Shown here: positions 37,321-47,084 of the stretch, one piece after another
Numbering within the stretch: position 1 is the stretch's first letter
How the letters are laid out: every line of letters starts with the position of its first letter
Assembly: GCA_043739185.1 (NCBI GenBank)
Contig: JAYUEN010000107.1
Coordinates: 106 to 64,105, forward strand
Length of the DNA: 64,000 bases
Source of the DNA: Bdellovibrionales bacterium
GTDB taxonomy: Bacteria > Bdellovibrionota > Bdellovibrionia > Bdellovibrionales > JAMPXM01
Direction: 5' to 3'
Program-made: the position numbers and the translations under genes
The notes under the pieces: generated by a model
The model's database searches: none
Told to the model about the DNA's origin: nothing
The model's input: only the letters and a program-made list of their open reading frames with translations

Positions 37321-38733
37321 TTACTTTGCTCCAAATCCTCCGGCGACATCATTGAGCACGCGCAAGCTTCGTGCGATCGAATCCGAATCGGTGGTTTCGA
37401 AGTATTGCTGGTAAATTTCGGTATTCCAAGCTTTTGCGCTCCCTTGATGAAAATTTCGATACTCAACTGCTTTGGTTCCCTCTTTAAGTTCAAGATTCAC
37501 CGTGTTTTTATATTTCATGTCAAAATCATTCGGAAAAAACTTTTTCAAATCTTCTGGCGCTTCATTGTTGAAGACCTTGGGCAAATATACTTTCGCGGTT
37601 TTGCCGGTCACTAAACTTCGCACCATTTTGCCCGCAAATAAGCGTTCAAGATTAGCAAGATAAAGATCGGCCGTTGATTTATCAAGACTGATCAGTGCAT
37701 TTGGCAAAGAAAAGCCTGCGTTGGCAGGACGGGCTTTGAGACCACTCCAGGCATCGGTCATGCGATCCAAAGCTTCTCCTATATAGACACCCGCCTCTGT
37801 CATAAACTTTTGACCAATATTTTCTTTTTTATTTAGCTTCCAAAGTTTGGCGTTTTGGGGCTTCTGAAGAAGTTTATAAATCTCATCTCCCGTCACCCCG
37901 TCAACGGCTAGAAATGTACCCTTAACAAAAGCATCGAAGCCGTAAAGGCCACCCACTTGCTTGGCAAAATCTAGAGCACCATTCTGATTATAAGCACATA
38001 AAAAATCCATACTTGCTACGCTTAAATCATATTGAGCAATTAGCAGTTGCAATTCCTCAGTGCCAAAGCTCAGTTCGCGATTCAAGCCATCAGCAAAAGA
38101 GTCTGCACCTGCAGAGATACGACGATCCCACTTAAATACGCGCGCATTCGAAATTTGATTAAGCGCCGAAATGAGATCGTTGGTTTTCATTCGAAGCGTA
38201 TCATTAATAAAAGTCTGAATTGCGGCCTCGTTTTCGATTTTGCCAACAAGGACGCCCTCAATCTCGAAGGGACTTGCCAAATAATCTAAGAGTGCGCCAG
38301 AGGCCTGAGCCGGACTAAAGAGGCTGATGCCGGCTACATTTTGTTTTATAAAAGACACGATGAGCGATTGAATATTGTGATTATCCGCAGAGCCTCTTTC
38401 GAAAAAGGGTCGTACTCGCCAAAAAAAGCCACGCACAGCCTCTAAATAGATGAGGTGTGCATTTAAAAACTGCGCCGACGGATCGTGAATCTTCGCGCGA
38501 TTCGCCTTAGCAGATTCTATTAAAGCTTGAAAATCATTTGCGGTCTTTGCATCCAAAACTTTTTTAACCAATTGTTCGTATTCGCTCTCAGAAGACGGCG
38601 TTCGTTTTTCTTCTTCTGCTTTGGCCTGTGCCTTTTTATAGCCCGGGGCCTGCAGTCCCCGCCAAATCAAATCTTCTGACTTTGCGGCCGCCAATACGGG
38701 CACTAACAAAAGCATCAAAAACAATTTTTTCAT
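37321..38733 (-). CDS. Secreted hypothetical protein
   Basis: 470-aa ORF with signal peptide MKKLFLMLLLVPVLAAA. No recognisable family. It is tightly coupled to the Rieske oxygenase gene. Confidence 0.6.
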   Translation of the reverse strand: MKKLFLMLLLVPVLAAAKSEDLIWRGLQAPGYKKAQAKAEEEKRTPSSESEYEQLVKKVLDAKTANDFQALIESAKANRAKIHDPSAQFLNAHLIYLEAVRGFFWRVRPFFERGSADNHNIQSLIVSFIKQNVAGISLFSPAQASGALLDYLASPFEIEGVLVGKIENEAAIQTFINDTLRMKTNDLISALNQISNARVFKWDRRISAGADSFADGLNRELSFGTEELQLLIAQYDLSVASMDFLCAYNQNGALDFAKQVGGLYGFDAFVKGTFLAVDGVTGDEIYKLLQKPQNAKLWKLNKKENIGQKFMTEAGVYIGEALDRMTDAWSGLKARPANAGFSLPNALISLDKSTADLYLANLERLFAGKMVRSLVTGKTAKVYLPKVFNNEAPEDLKKFFPNDFDMKYKNTVNLELKEGTKAVEYRNFHQGSAKAWNTEIYQQYFETTDSDSIARSLRVLNDVAGGFGAK

Positions 38734-38839
38734 TTCAATTCTCCTGGTTTTAAAAAGTCAGAATATCTTAAATCTAACACTAGTAGAATCCTCTATGCAT
38801 TTTAATTTACAAACATGGTCGATGGTTGGGCCCAGCTAA

Positions 38840-40567
38840 CTATTTTTTAAAAACATACTGGCCCAGCACCAGCATATCGAGACCCGAAGTGAAAAATACC
38901 GCAAGCGCATCTTCAACATCGTGAATAATCGGACGGCCCATGACATTGAAGCTCGTATTGAGCAGGACCGGGACTTTGGTCTTTTTATAAAAGCTATTGA
39001 GCAAAGCATAAAATCTTGGATTGTCTTCTTTTCTCACGCTTTGCACTCGCCCCGTTTCGTTGCAATGCACGACTGCAGGGGCGATTTCGGTGTTCTTAAA
39101 CCTCAATGTTCTCTCCATATAAGGAGAGTATTGATAGTTGTGAAAAAGCTCGGGGCCCTTTTCATCTAGAATACTCGGCGCAAAAGGCCTGAACTCTTCT
39201 CGAAACTTAATGCGTTCATTGATGTGATCCTTGGTCTTGGCTTTTCGGGGATCAGCCAAAATCGAGCGATTGCCAAGTGCCCGCGGACCAAACTCCGCCC
39301 GACCTTGTACCCAACCTACAAGCTTTCCTTCTGAAAGTTCTTTTGAAACCTCCTCAATCAATTCGTTTTCACTGAAAAATTTAGCCTTTAGGCCTCCGAG
39401 TCGTATGGCGCGTTCAATTGTTTCTGTTGAAATCTCTGAACCTAAAAATGCGGTATGTGCATTGAGTGGTCGTTGTTTCGGATGATCTTTCATCCAACTC
39501 AAATAAGCCGAACCGATTGCATTTCCGTCGTCACCGGGCGCCATTGAAATATGCAAATTTTTAAATGGCGTTCTCTCCAAAAGGACCCCATTACAAGATG
39601 AGTTGAGTGCACAGCCTCCGCCCAAAATGAGATTGGCGCCACCCCATTTACTGTGAACCTGCACAAGTAACTCACACATCAATTCTTCAAAAATCGCTTG
39701 CCCTGCGAAAGCGAGATTGGCCGCCTCAAGGGGACTTCGAAACTTTTCTCGGAGACTTAGGAGTTTCGTGAGTTGCTCGGCATATCGCGGGGACTTCTGA
39801 ATGCTCTGATTTTTAATTTTTAGCAGAGATCGACATAAATTTTCATATTCACTTTGCATTTTTCCATAAGGGGCGAGGCCCATCACCTTCCACTCTTCGC
39901 CGGCAAGTGGATCAAAGCCGCAGGCCCAACAAACCGCCGCATAAAAAAGACCCAAACTTGCAAAATCAGCAAAGCTCTTGGTTTTGATTCTTTCGATCTT
40001 GGCGTTTTCAAATGAAAAAATCGCCTGGCTCGTAGCTTCACCTGCGCCGTCAACTATCACGCAGATTGCATTATCAAACGGACTCGAATAGCACGCCGTT
40101 GCTGCATGACAAAGGTGATGTTCCCAGCCTATTTTTTTCAAGTTTTGCAACTTCTTCATTTCAAAAAGACGATATTCTAGATTCAATAGCATATCGCGAT
40201 TGTTGATAGGGGCTCCGTACATAGCTTGGCGAAAGGAGTGGGTCTCCATTTGTTGGCCCAATTGAGAAAAGCGCGCATGAAAGCTCGCTTGCAAATTCAA
40301 TATTTTTTTTGTTAGCCAGGACCATTTGAGAATGTCATCTGACCAAGAAAGTCCGGCAACTATTGGCCCATCATTGACATACTTTTTCAAAATACCATCT
40401 AAAAATAGTACAGGGTCCGGAGAAGTATTCCAGGCGCGCTTGTTTTTTAAAACTCTCTCATTGGCTTCGGCAAATAGCAACTGACCGGCTTCATTCAGAA
40501 CTGCAATTGCAGAATCATGTGAAGTGGTGCCAAAACCTAAATATGTCGCCATGCTTGCAATTCCCAT
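38840..40567 (-). CDS. Carbamoyltransferase (NodU/CmcH family)
   Basis: N-terminal YLGFGTTSHDSAIAVL (ASKHA-like carbamoyltransferase N domain), the C-terminal signature RAEFGPRALGNRSILADPR and LNTSFNV. Confidence 0.85.
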   Translation of the reverse strand: MGIASMATYLGFGTTSHDSAIAVLNEAGQLLFAEANERVLKNKRAWNTSPDPVLFLDGILKKYVNDGPIVAGLSWSDDILKWSWLTKKILNLQASFHARFSQLGQQMETHSFRQAMYGAPINNRDMLLNLEYRLFEMKKLQNLKKIGWEHHLCHAATACYSSPFDNAICVIVDGAGEATSQAIFSFENAKIERIKTKSFADFASLGLFYAAVCWACGFDPLAGEEWKVMGLAPYGKMQSEYENLCRSLLKIKNQSIQKSPRYAEQLTKLLSLREKFRSPLEAANLAFAGQAIFEELMCELLVQVHSKWGGANLILGGGCALNSSCNGVLLERTPFKNLHISMAPGDDGNAIGSAYLSWMKDHPKQRPLNAHTAFLGSEISTETIERAIRLGGLKAKFFSENELIEEVSKELSEGKLVGWVQGRAEFGPRALGNRSILADPRKAKTKDHINERIKFREEFRPFAPSILDEKGPELFHNYQYSPYMERTLRFKNTEIAPAVVHCNETGRVQSVRKEDNPRFYALLNSFYKKTKVPVLLNTSFNVMGRPIIHDVEDALAVFFTSGLDMLVLGQYVFKK

Positions 40568-40669
40568 TTTATTTTCTCAAGTTGACATTCTACTTCATTT
40601 TGCAAGAATGCCAAGCGCGGGCTGGTTACTTTTTTGGGAACCGCGCCATAAGCGATCGCGAGATTTAAT

Positions 40670-42802
40670 TTGAACTCATTAATCCGTCGTTTTTACTTTC
40701 ACTTTACTAGGCGAAAACTTCAGGCTGTGTTTGCGGCGCTTCTATTGATTTTTTTATCGCTCCCAGCATTGCAATTGAAATTCAAGACTGAAATAAAGGA
40801 TTTGCTAGAAGGCAACTCGCCTGAGGTCTCGCAATACAAAGAAAATCTTAAGCTTTTTCAGCCTGCGAATCGCTTGATTGCTCTTTTGTCAAAGCGCGAT
40901 CAAAGCGTTTGGCGTGAAGCGGATTTGATAAATCTCAAAACCTGGATAACTGAAACAAAAGCTCAATACAAATTTGTAGAAAATATCCTTTCACCCTTAT
41001 CCATACGAACCGCCGTCTTTGATTCAAAAAAATCGCAATTGAACTTCCCCCTGATTCTCCATCCTGAGGGCTCAATCCAAACGCTAGATTGGGACCGCTT
41101 TTCAACTTCGTACTGGGCTCCTTTCTTCTTGGGAAATGATCGCAAAAGTCTCATTTTGAGTTTTACTTTGAACAGCCAAGCCGGCCCGCCAGAACTGAAA
41201 TTACTCACACAAATGAAGGACGCTCCGGGAAATTTTACGATGGCGTGGACTGGCGACCAAATTTTCAAACTCTTTTCTGAAAATGCTATGAAGAAAATGT
41301 CTTGGTTGAATCTCATTGGCGTTTGCGCTCTCTTTGCATTTATCTGTTTGCTCTTCTCAAGTTGGACCGCTGGTCTTTTCACTATTCTTTCGGTTCTCTT
41401 GGGAATTCTGCCGATATTTGGCTTCATCGGGCTCGCCGGACAGGCTATAGATTTGCTCACCTCGAATTTGTTTTTACTCTTATTGATTGCCACCATTGAA
41501 GACGTCTTATTGGTTTTTTATTTTAGCGCTAAAAAGAATACTTCGATAGAAAGGAGCCTCGAAGAATTACTTCTGCCGTGCTTTTATACTTCACTAACGA
41601 CGGCAGTGGCTTTTGGCAGCCTGGGTGTTTCAGAAATTCCGATGGTTCGTCAATTTGCTTTATGGAGTAGTCTCGGTGCGTTTACCGAATGGTTTGTCGT
41701 CTTCTTTGTTGTTCCTGAACTCTTAAACAATTTTAAAAGGCAACGGCTTGAACTACTTTGGCTTCCTCGGATGCCAATATTTAAATTTAAGGCCCTCTCT
41801 TTTTGGATTAAAATTCTTTTGCTGCCCCTCGTAGCAGCACCAATATTGATATCAAAACTCAATTATAACGCCAGCCCGTTTGACATATTTAATTCGAATC
41901 ATCCGGTTCTTCACGTAAGAGAGAAATTGAGTGAAAGTCGCCATTGGGAAAATTCAATAGAAGTGGTTTTTTCAAATGATTTGCCAGTAAACACTGAAAA
42001 GTCCCTATTGTTACAAATGCAAAGTATTTCAAATATAAGCTGGATCGAACACCCTTATTTGATGCTCGAAGATTCGCTCACAAATGAGCTCTCTGCAGAA
42101 ATGAAAGATCTTGCTTTGAGCCAACTGCAATTCTCAGACTATGCAAAAAAATATTTCGCGGAAAACCGCCACCGCGGATTTTTATATATTCAAAATTCAG
42201 ACATGCCCTCCGTATCGCAAACCAAACAGCAGCTAGAGCAAATTTGTAATGAGCGCTGTCATATAACCGGAGAGCTGATTGCCTTTGGCGAATATTCTCG
42301 CGCCTTGGTTCGAACACTAAGCGAGAGTTTCATTTTCAGTTTGTTTTTAATATTAGTGGTTTTGTTTCTAATCTGTCGGCAGCTGAATATAAGCCGCCTG
42401 CACTTTATCTTTGCTTCCGTTCTTTGGGGCCCCTGCATGATGGTTTTGTTTTTCTTTTTTACCCATACTGCCGTTAGCTTAGTGAATTGCATTTTGCTTT
42501 CAACGGTTGTTGGTCTTTCTGGCGACTTCATGATTCAAGTCATGTTCAATCAAAAGCAAGGCTCCCTGGAGACCTCACTCGCCGCTTTTGGGCCTGCAAG
42601 TATGCTTTTGACCTTTCTTTTGGTGGGCTTGTGCGTCCCTTTTCTGTGGTCGCCTTTCGGAAATGTTCAAACCACAGGTTGGTTGCTGATGTTGAGCATA
42701 TTTTTAATTTCAATCGGAGATGTGCTGATTTTTAAACTGCTTTTGAGTTATAATTTGAAAATTTTCAAAAGCGGAAGCGCAATTGAAAACAATAAGGCTT
42801 GA
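40670..42802 (+). CDS. MMPL/RND-superfamily membrane exporter
   Basis: 710-aa ORF (TTG start) with two blocks of multiple TM helices separated by soluble loops, an architecture typical of predicted MMPL-type exporters. Its 3' end overlaps the convergent acyltransferase-like gene by 55 nt. Confidence 0.65.
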   Translation: MNSLIRRFYFHFTRRKLQAVFAALLLIFLSLPALQLKFKTEIKDLLEGNSPEVSQYKENLKLFQPANRLIALLSKRDQSVWREADLINLKTWITETKAQYKFVENILSPLSIRTAVFDSKKSQLNFPLILHPEGSIQTLDWDRFSTSYWAPFFLGNDRKSLILSFTLNSQAGPPELKLLTQMKDAPGNFTMAWTGDQIFKLFSENAMKKMSWLNLIGVCALFAFICLLFSSWTAGLFTILSVLLGILPIFGFIGLAGQAIDLLTSNLFLLLLIATIEDVLLVFYFSAKKNTSIERSLEELLLPCFYTSLTTAVAFGSLGVSEIPMVRQFALWSSLGAFTEWFVVFFVVPELLNNFKRQRLELLWLPRMPIFKFKALSFWIKILLLPLVAAPILISKLNYNASPFDIFNSNHPVLHVREKLSESRHWENSIEVVFSNDLPVNTEKSLLLQMQSISNISWIEHPYLMLEDSLTNELSAEMKDLALSQLQFSDYAKKYFAENRHRGFLYIQNSDMPSVSQTKQQLEQICNERCHITGELIAFGEYSRALVRTLSESFIFSLFLILVVLFLICRQLNISRLHFIFASVLWGPCMMVLFFFFTHTAVSLVNCILLSTVVGLSGDFMIQVMFNQKQGSLETSLAAFGPASMLLTFLLVGLCVPFLWSPFGNVQTTGWLLMLSIFLISIGDVLIFKLLLSYNLKIFKSGSAIENNKA

Positions 42803-43836
42803 AGAATTCGAAAGCCAATTCGGCGTGGCCATGACAAATGCTTTATATAAACGGCGCTGTACTCAATCACTGGCCGCCCCCCGCGCAGCCGCTTAAATTC
42901 AGAGGCTCCAGAGCTCAAATTAACTAGGAGCTTGCGCTCTTTTGCATACCGAAGCGCCAGCGCAATCAAGAGCCGGTAAAGACCTTCTTTTTGCGGCCGT
43001 CGAGTATCATAACCTACAATTGGCACAGTCAATACTTCGTCCACAATAAAATACCCCACGACCCCTTGCAGCTCACCCTTCTCGTCTCGCAAGCCAAAGA
43101 GCTTCATGACCCCAGACTCTTGGCAAAGCTTGAGATAGCTTGCTGAAAAGGCCGGGTTATACTGCGAATATTTTTCTAAATAAAGCAAAGCATATAGCTC
43201 TTCACTGCGCTGAAAATCCTGATCTGAGAACTCAGTGCCGTTTACGATTTGCAAACTGCTGCGATCTAATAGTTTTTGATCGCGAAACATATTTTTCGAC
43301 TTGATCTGTTGACCAATTCGAAAATCGAAAAAGTATACCTGCCGCGAAGGAATCAAGCTAAATCCGAGCCGACGAAGTCCGTGGATCAGGTCGGCATTCG
43401 TAAAGTAATTCAGCGAGCGGAAAATTATAAAATGTTGATCGGCTTTTCGAATACTTTCTTTTGCCCATTCAGAAAATGCCGTTTCGGAGTTTTTGGGGTA
43501 GAGATTAGTTGATAGTAACCAATTGTTAATGCTTATAGACTGATTCAGCCGCATAGCTTTCAGCAAATAGGATAGGGGCAACAAGATGAGTCCTAAAAGC
43601 CCGAGTATCATTGGTAGCTTTTTCAGCTCTTGACGTGAATACAGTATGAGCGCCGAGTACGGTGATACCACATAAGAAGCGTTGAACTCGGCAAAGTTGG
43701 CCGTACTAGGCGACCAGAAATCTTTCTTCTGACTCCAACTCAATTGAGTCATGACGTTTGGAATCAATTTTTGGATTTCTTCCTTGCCGACAAATTTACT
43801 TCGAAATTCGGAGTGCGGCCAATTTTTATCAGCCAT
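42748..43836 (-). CDS. FemAB/CelD-like GNAT-fold acyl/aminoacyl-transferase (putative)
   Basis: The C-terminal block GELQGVVGYFIVDEVLTVPIVGYDTRRPQKEGLYRLLIALALRYAKERKLLVNLSSGASEFKRLRGG resembles the CelD/FemAB-type acetyltransferase domain. It is the last gene of the six-gene operon. Confidence 0.45.
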   Translation of the reverse strand: MADKNWPHSEFRSKFVGKEEIQKLIPNVMTQLSWSQKKDFWSPSTANFAEFNASYVVSPYSALILYSRQELKKLPMILGLLGLILLPLSYLLKAMRLNQSISINNWLLSTNLYPKNSETAFSEWAKESIRKADQHFIIFRSLNYFTNADLIHGLRRLGFSLIPSRQVYFFDFRIGQQIKSKNMFRDQKLLDRSSLQIVNGTEFSDQDFQRSEELYALLYLEKYSQYNPAFSASYLKLCQESGVMKLFGLRDEKGELQGVVGYFIVDEVLTVPIVGYDTRRPQKEGLYRLLIALALRYAKERKLLVNLSSGASEFKRLRGGRPVIEYSAVYIKHLSWPRRIGFRILQALLFSIALPLLKIFKL

Positions 43837-44968
43837 TGTATTCGAAGTCCTCAGATGAGATTTGCAATACCGATTTTTTTGAACCCAATGAAATTAAAAT
43901 AAATTGTGCAAACGAAATATACTGCCCGAACATCGGCAAAGGATCTTTAAAATCCCAAGTCATATCTTTTCCGCGAACCAGATCATTATAAAATTGTATC
44001 CAACGACTTGGCAGAAAGCTCATTGGTGTAGCATAAATTACCATTGCCGCCGCTAGCATACGGGGCTGCCTACGGTCGGCAAAAAGAATACCTTTATTTA
44101 AATTGAAAAAACAATCCGTCAAACGGCTATCAAAAAAACTCACCCCACTTGTCGCCCGAGGGTTGCATTCGAGCAGCCAAAAGTTTTGATCGTGCTGATC
44201 GAGGATTAAATCAAAAGCAACCTGACCGTGAAACTCATTTTTATGCGCGAACTCGATGCAAAAATTCAACAGGCGCTCATCATAAAAAGCTTCTAAATAA
44301 ATTCCGGCTCCTTGGCCGACTCGAAAAGTAGGTCGATACGCACAGAAAGCCTTGAGCTCTCCCTTAAAACAAACGGCATAAATGCAAACCTCAAGACCCT
44401 TTTTCTTGAGTTGTGCTACCCAACTTCCCTGGGACCAATCAAGCGTTTGCGCAAGCTGGTCTTCGCTCGGACCAATAATCGTTTTTGCCGCAAACCTTGA
44501 GTAAACCGGTTTGAAAACAAAGTTCTCAGACTTTAACTTTAATTGCTGCCAATCGGCTGCAGACGTCAACAGAAATGTCTCGGGGGTTTGAATCGACCAA
44601 GCTTGAGATGCTTGAGAAAAGAACATTTTGTTGTGTAGACTCTCGAGTTTTTCGAAATGATCACAAAAAATAGCATCCATTTTCATTTGATTCTTAAGTT
44701 TTGCGAAATAAAAGACCTCTTCGCAAGTCGGAACAATTAGATCATAATGATTTTCGCTTTGAAGCTTCATAATTTTTTCGGCGAATTCATTAAAAGCAAA
44801 GCGTGGCGACGGGCTTTTATAAAACTTTCTAACACGAGAAGAAAATCGGGCCATCGGATAGTTGATCGACTCAACAATATCGACCCTACTGTTCTGATCA
44901 AAAAATTGTCTCGTCAGTGCGAGACTTACTGGAGCCCTCGCTCCGGCAATTAGGATTTTGTTTGCCAT
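43829..44968 (-). CDS. ATP-grasp ligase
   Basis: N-terminal pre-ATP-grasp Rossmann-like KILIAGARAPVSLALTR and C-terminal ATP-grasp motif FWLLECNPRATSG. It overlaps the upstream gene by 19 nt. Confidence 0.7.
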   Translation of the reverse strand: MANKILIAGARAPVSLALTRQFFDQNSRVDIVESINYPMARFSSRVRKFYKSPSPRFAFNEFAEKIMKLQSENHYDLIVPTCEEVFYFAKLKNQMKMDAIFCDHFEKLESLHNKMFFSQASQAWSIQTPETFLLTSAADWQQLKLKSENFVFKPVYSRFAAKTIIGPSEDQLAQTLDWSQGSWVAQLKKKGLEVCIYAVCFKGELKAFCAYRPTFRVGQGAGIYLEAFYDERLLNFCIEFAHKNEFHGQVAFDLILDQHDQNFWLLECNPRATSGVSFFDSRLTDCFFNLNKGILFADRRQPRMLAAAMVIYATPMSFLPSRWIQFYNDLVRGKDMTWDFKDPLPMFGQYISFAQFILISLGSKKSVLQISSEDFEYNG

Positions 44969-46245
44969 AAATTTACTATTCTTTGACGCTTCATTTGGGT
45001 CGGCAAAAACTCTTCGTTTGCCAATATACTAATTTTAAGCCAATCCGCCTTTTTCGATACTAAAACTTCTTTAAGTTTCAATCTGAGCTCGGTCTCTTCG
45101 GTTGGACTCAACGTCTTATCGAGTGTGATCTGAATTTCACACGGCCCGCGCTGTTCAACTCGGTAATTCCAATTGAAACAGTTTTGAGAGCCCATAAATT
45201 GTCTAAAAAAATCAGGAAAAAACTCTCGCTTTTCTCCCCACTCACTTTCAAAACTTAGAATTTGATCTGCACGTCCTTCAATAGCACTCAATGCCAAACT
45301 CGGATTGCCGCAGGGACATGGATTTTGGCCAGCTCTAAGTATATCATCAAGTTGATAACGTATGATTGACTGCGTTTTTCGCTTCACATCTGAAATAATT
45401 GGTAAAAATCGGCCTTCCGAAATTTCCTTCTTCTCAATGATATAGAGCCCTTCATTTAAATGAATTTGGCCGTAACGACAGGACACGCCCAAAAAGCCTT
45501 CTGTTGCCTGATATATTTCTAAGAACTGGCAATCGTTATCGCAGCTAAAATAGTCTTTAATTCGAATTCTCTCTCTCGTCTCAAGCACATCTGCTCCACA
45601 TAAAACAAAATGCGGGTGAATATCAGCCCTTGGAACAAGATTCATATATTTTAAATAAAAATTGGGCACGGACATTAAAACACTTGGCCTGAAATTTTTC
45701 AGCTGTGTGGCGGTTTCTTCTATCGGGGCGTTGAGATTGAAAAATTTGAGTTTCAGCCAACCCAAATTGATACCATCGTAAAGACTGCTGTGGGTGCGAA
45801 AGACAAAGGCGATGTTCTGTTTCTTAAAGAAGGACCAGCCCAGAATCTTAGCCAAAATCGCGCCCGCCCAAAGCCCGACTTCACGAGAGTTCAAAATAAA
45901 CACACCCCGCTTGCCAGAGGTGCCGGTCGACAGTCCAATAGTCAAATGGGCTTTCTTTTTCAGATAGTCACCGCTATTTTCAAGCTTCTCGCAAAATTGG
46001 TAAGCCTCTTCTAAACCGATTCCTGGCAGATTGAATTGCTCGAAGTCTTTTAAATATTTTGCCTTATCAATGATAGGGATTTCTTCCCAGTTTTTGATTT
46101 TTTGTCTTTGATAGTATTTGTAGCTTGTAAGTCGCTTTAAAATGTTTTTTTTGTTTCTTAATTTCGAGCGCTCTAGAGCCGCCAAAGATTTTGCAGAAAA
46201 AAACATTTCTCGAAAAAATGAAAGCAACATCCAAAGTGCTGTCAT
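44950..46245 (-). CDS. Adenylate-forming enzyme (coenzyme F390 synthetase / PaaK / CapK-like)
   Basis: P-loop-like AMP-binding motif STGTSGKRGVF, with ATEG and a C-terminal small domain. The start is placed at ATG 46245, which forms an ATGA overlap with the MBL gene stop. The ORF-track start is 46284. Confidence 0.7.
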   Translation of the reverse strand: MTALWMLLSFFREMFFSAKSLAALERSKLRNKKNILKRLTSYKYYQRQKIKNWEEIPIIDKAKYLKDFEQFNLPGIGLEEAYQFCEKLENSGDYLKKKAHLTIGLSTGTSGKRGVFILNSREVGLWAGAILAKILGWSFFKKQNIAFVFRTHSSLYDGINLGWLKLKFFNLNAPIEETATQLKNFRPSVLMSVPNFYLKYMNLVPRADIHPHFVLCGADVLETRERIRIKDYFSCDNDCQFLEIYQATEGFLGVSCRYGQIHLNEGLYIIEKKEISEGRFLPIISDVKRKTQSIIRYQLDDILRAGQNPCPCGNPSLALSAIEGRADQILSFESEWGEKREFFPDFFRQFMGSQNCFNWNYRVEQRGPCEIQITLDKTLSPTEETELRLKLKEVLVSKKADWLKISILANEEFLPTQMKRQRIVNLWQTKS

Positions 46246-47084
46246 TCGAGGCCGCCACTCAATTTCAGAAAAGTTTCTATACAATGCGAGGGAATCAGCT
46301 GAAGTTCAGGTTGTTTCAAATACAAAGTGTGAATTTTCGAAAAAGTTTTGAGATACTCTTTTGAACTATCAAAGACGAGTCCGGCCACACGCGGAGGTGG
46401 CCGCATTTCTCTCAATGCTTTGAGGCTCCAAGAAGCGTCGGCAATCATAAAACATTTACCATTTTTTTCGGAATTGAAAACCAAGCCAACTTGTCCTTCT
46501 TTATGGCCAGGAAGATCAATCGCAATAAGCGACCCATCTCCGAATAAATCGGCCCCTGAAAATACGAATTGACTGGCCGCTTGTCCGCTCCATGTTCTGC
46601 AGTCATCAATCCAAACAACTCGCTTTAGGAAATCCTTTGGCAAAAGATGTGGAAGATACGCATTGAGCAAATTTCGCCATGCACTTTTGCCATAATTGTT
46701 TTGAAAGGCACTCTTGCGACATAAAAATTTTGCCTTTTTAAAATCTTTTAAGCCCGCAATATGATCTCCATGAAAATGCGATATGACAATCCAGTTTACC
46801 TCAGCCGGAGCGATGCCGCGCGTTTTCAGCTGCTGGGCCGCCGTCTGATTTTTTGAAATAAAACCCGGACTAATGAGTGGGTAGATATTCTCTGGCCATT
46901 TGACTCTACGATTGTATTCGGGGTGGTAGCCGGTATCAAAAAGTATAACGCCCTCTTGAGGATGCCGAATGATTGCAAACAGCGAAGGAAACTCACAAGA
47001 CCGAAAAGACCCATTTTTCATACTGAGAATCTCGGGGTGACGACAAAAGCCCGCCTTACAAAGTTCAAACTCTAATCTTTTCAT
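46242..47084 (-). CDS. Metallo-beta-lactamase-fold hydrolase
   Basis: HxHxDH motif ISHFHGDHIAG, with downstream His/Asp ligands (LPGHKEG, DASW). It forms an ATGA overlap with the SDR gene. Confidence 0.85.
   Translation of the reverse strand: MKRLEFELCKAGFCRHPEILSMKNGSFRSCEFPSLFAIIRHPQEGVILFDTGYHPEYNRRVKWPENIYPLISPGFISKNQTAAQQLKTRGIAPAEVNWIVISHFHGDHIAGLKDFKKAKFLCRKSAFQNNYGKSAWRNLLNAYLPHLLPKDFLKRVVWIDDCRTWSGQAASQFVFSGADLFGDGSLIAIDLPGHKEGQVGLVFNSEKNGKCFMIADASWSLKALREMRPPPRVAGLVFDSSKEYLKTFSKIHTLYLKQPELQLIPSHCIETFLKLSGGLE

Noticed and set aside
40963-41496. A 177-aa ORF on the minus strand.
   Set aside because: It is antisense to the MMPL exporter gene, whose TM-helix pattern is coherent. The antisense product has no recognisable features.
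42306-42314. A GGTTCGAAC string resembling a tRNA T-arm.
   Set aside because: It lies inside the exporter CDS, and no acceptor, D-arm or anticodon-arm complementarity surrounds it. I found no tRNA genes in the window.
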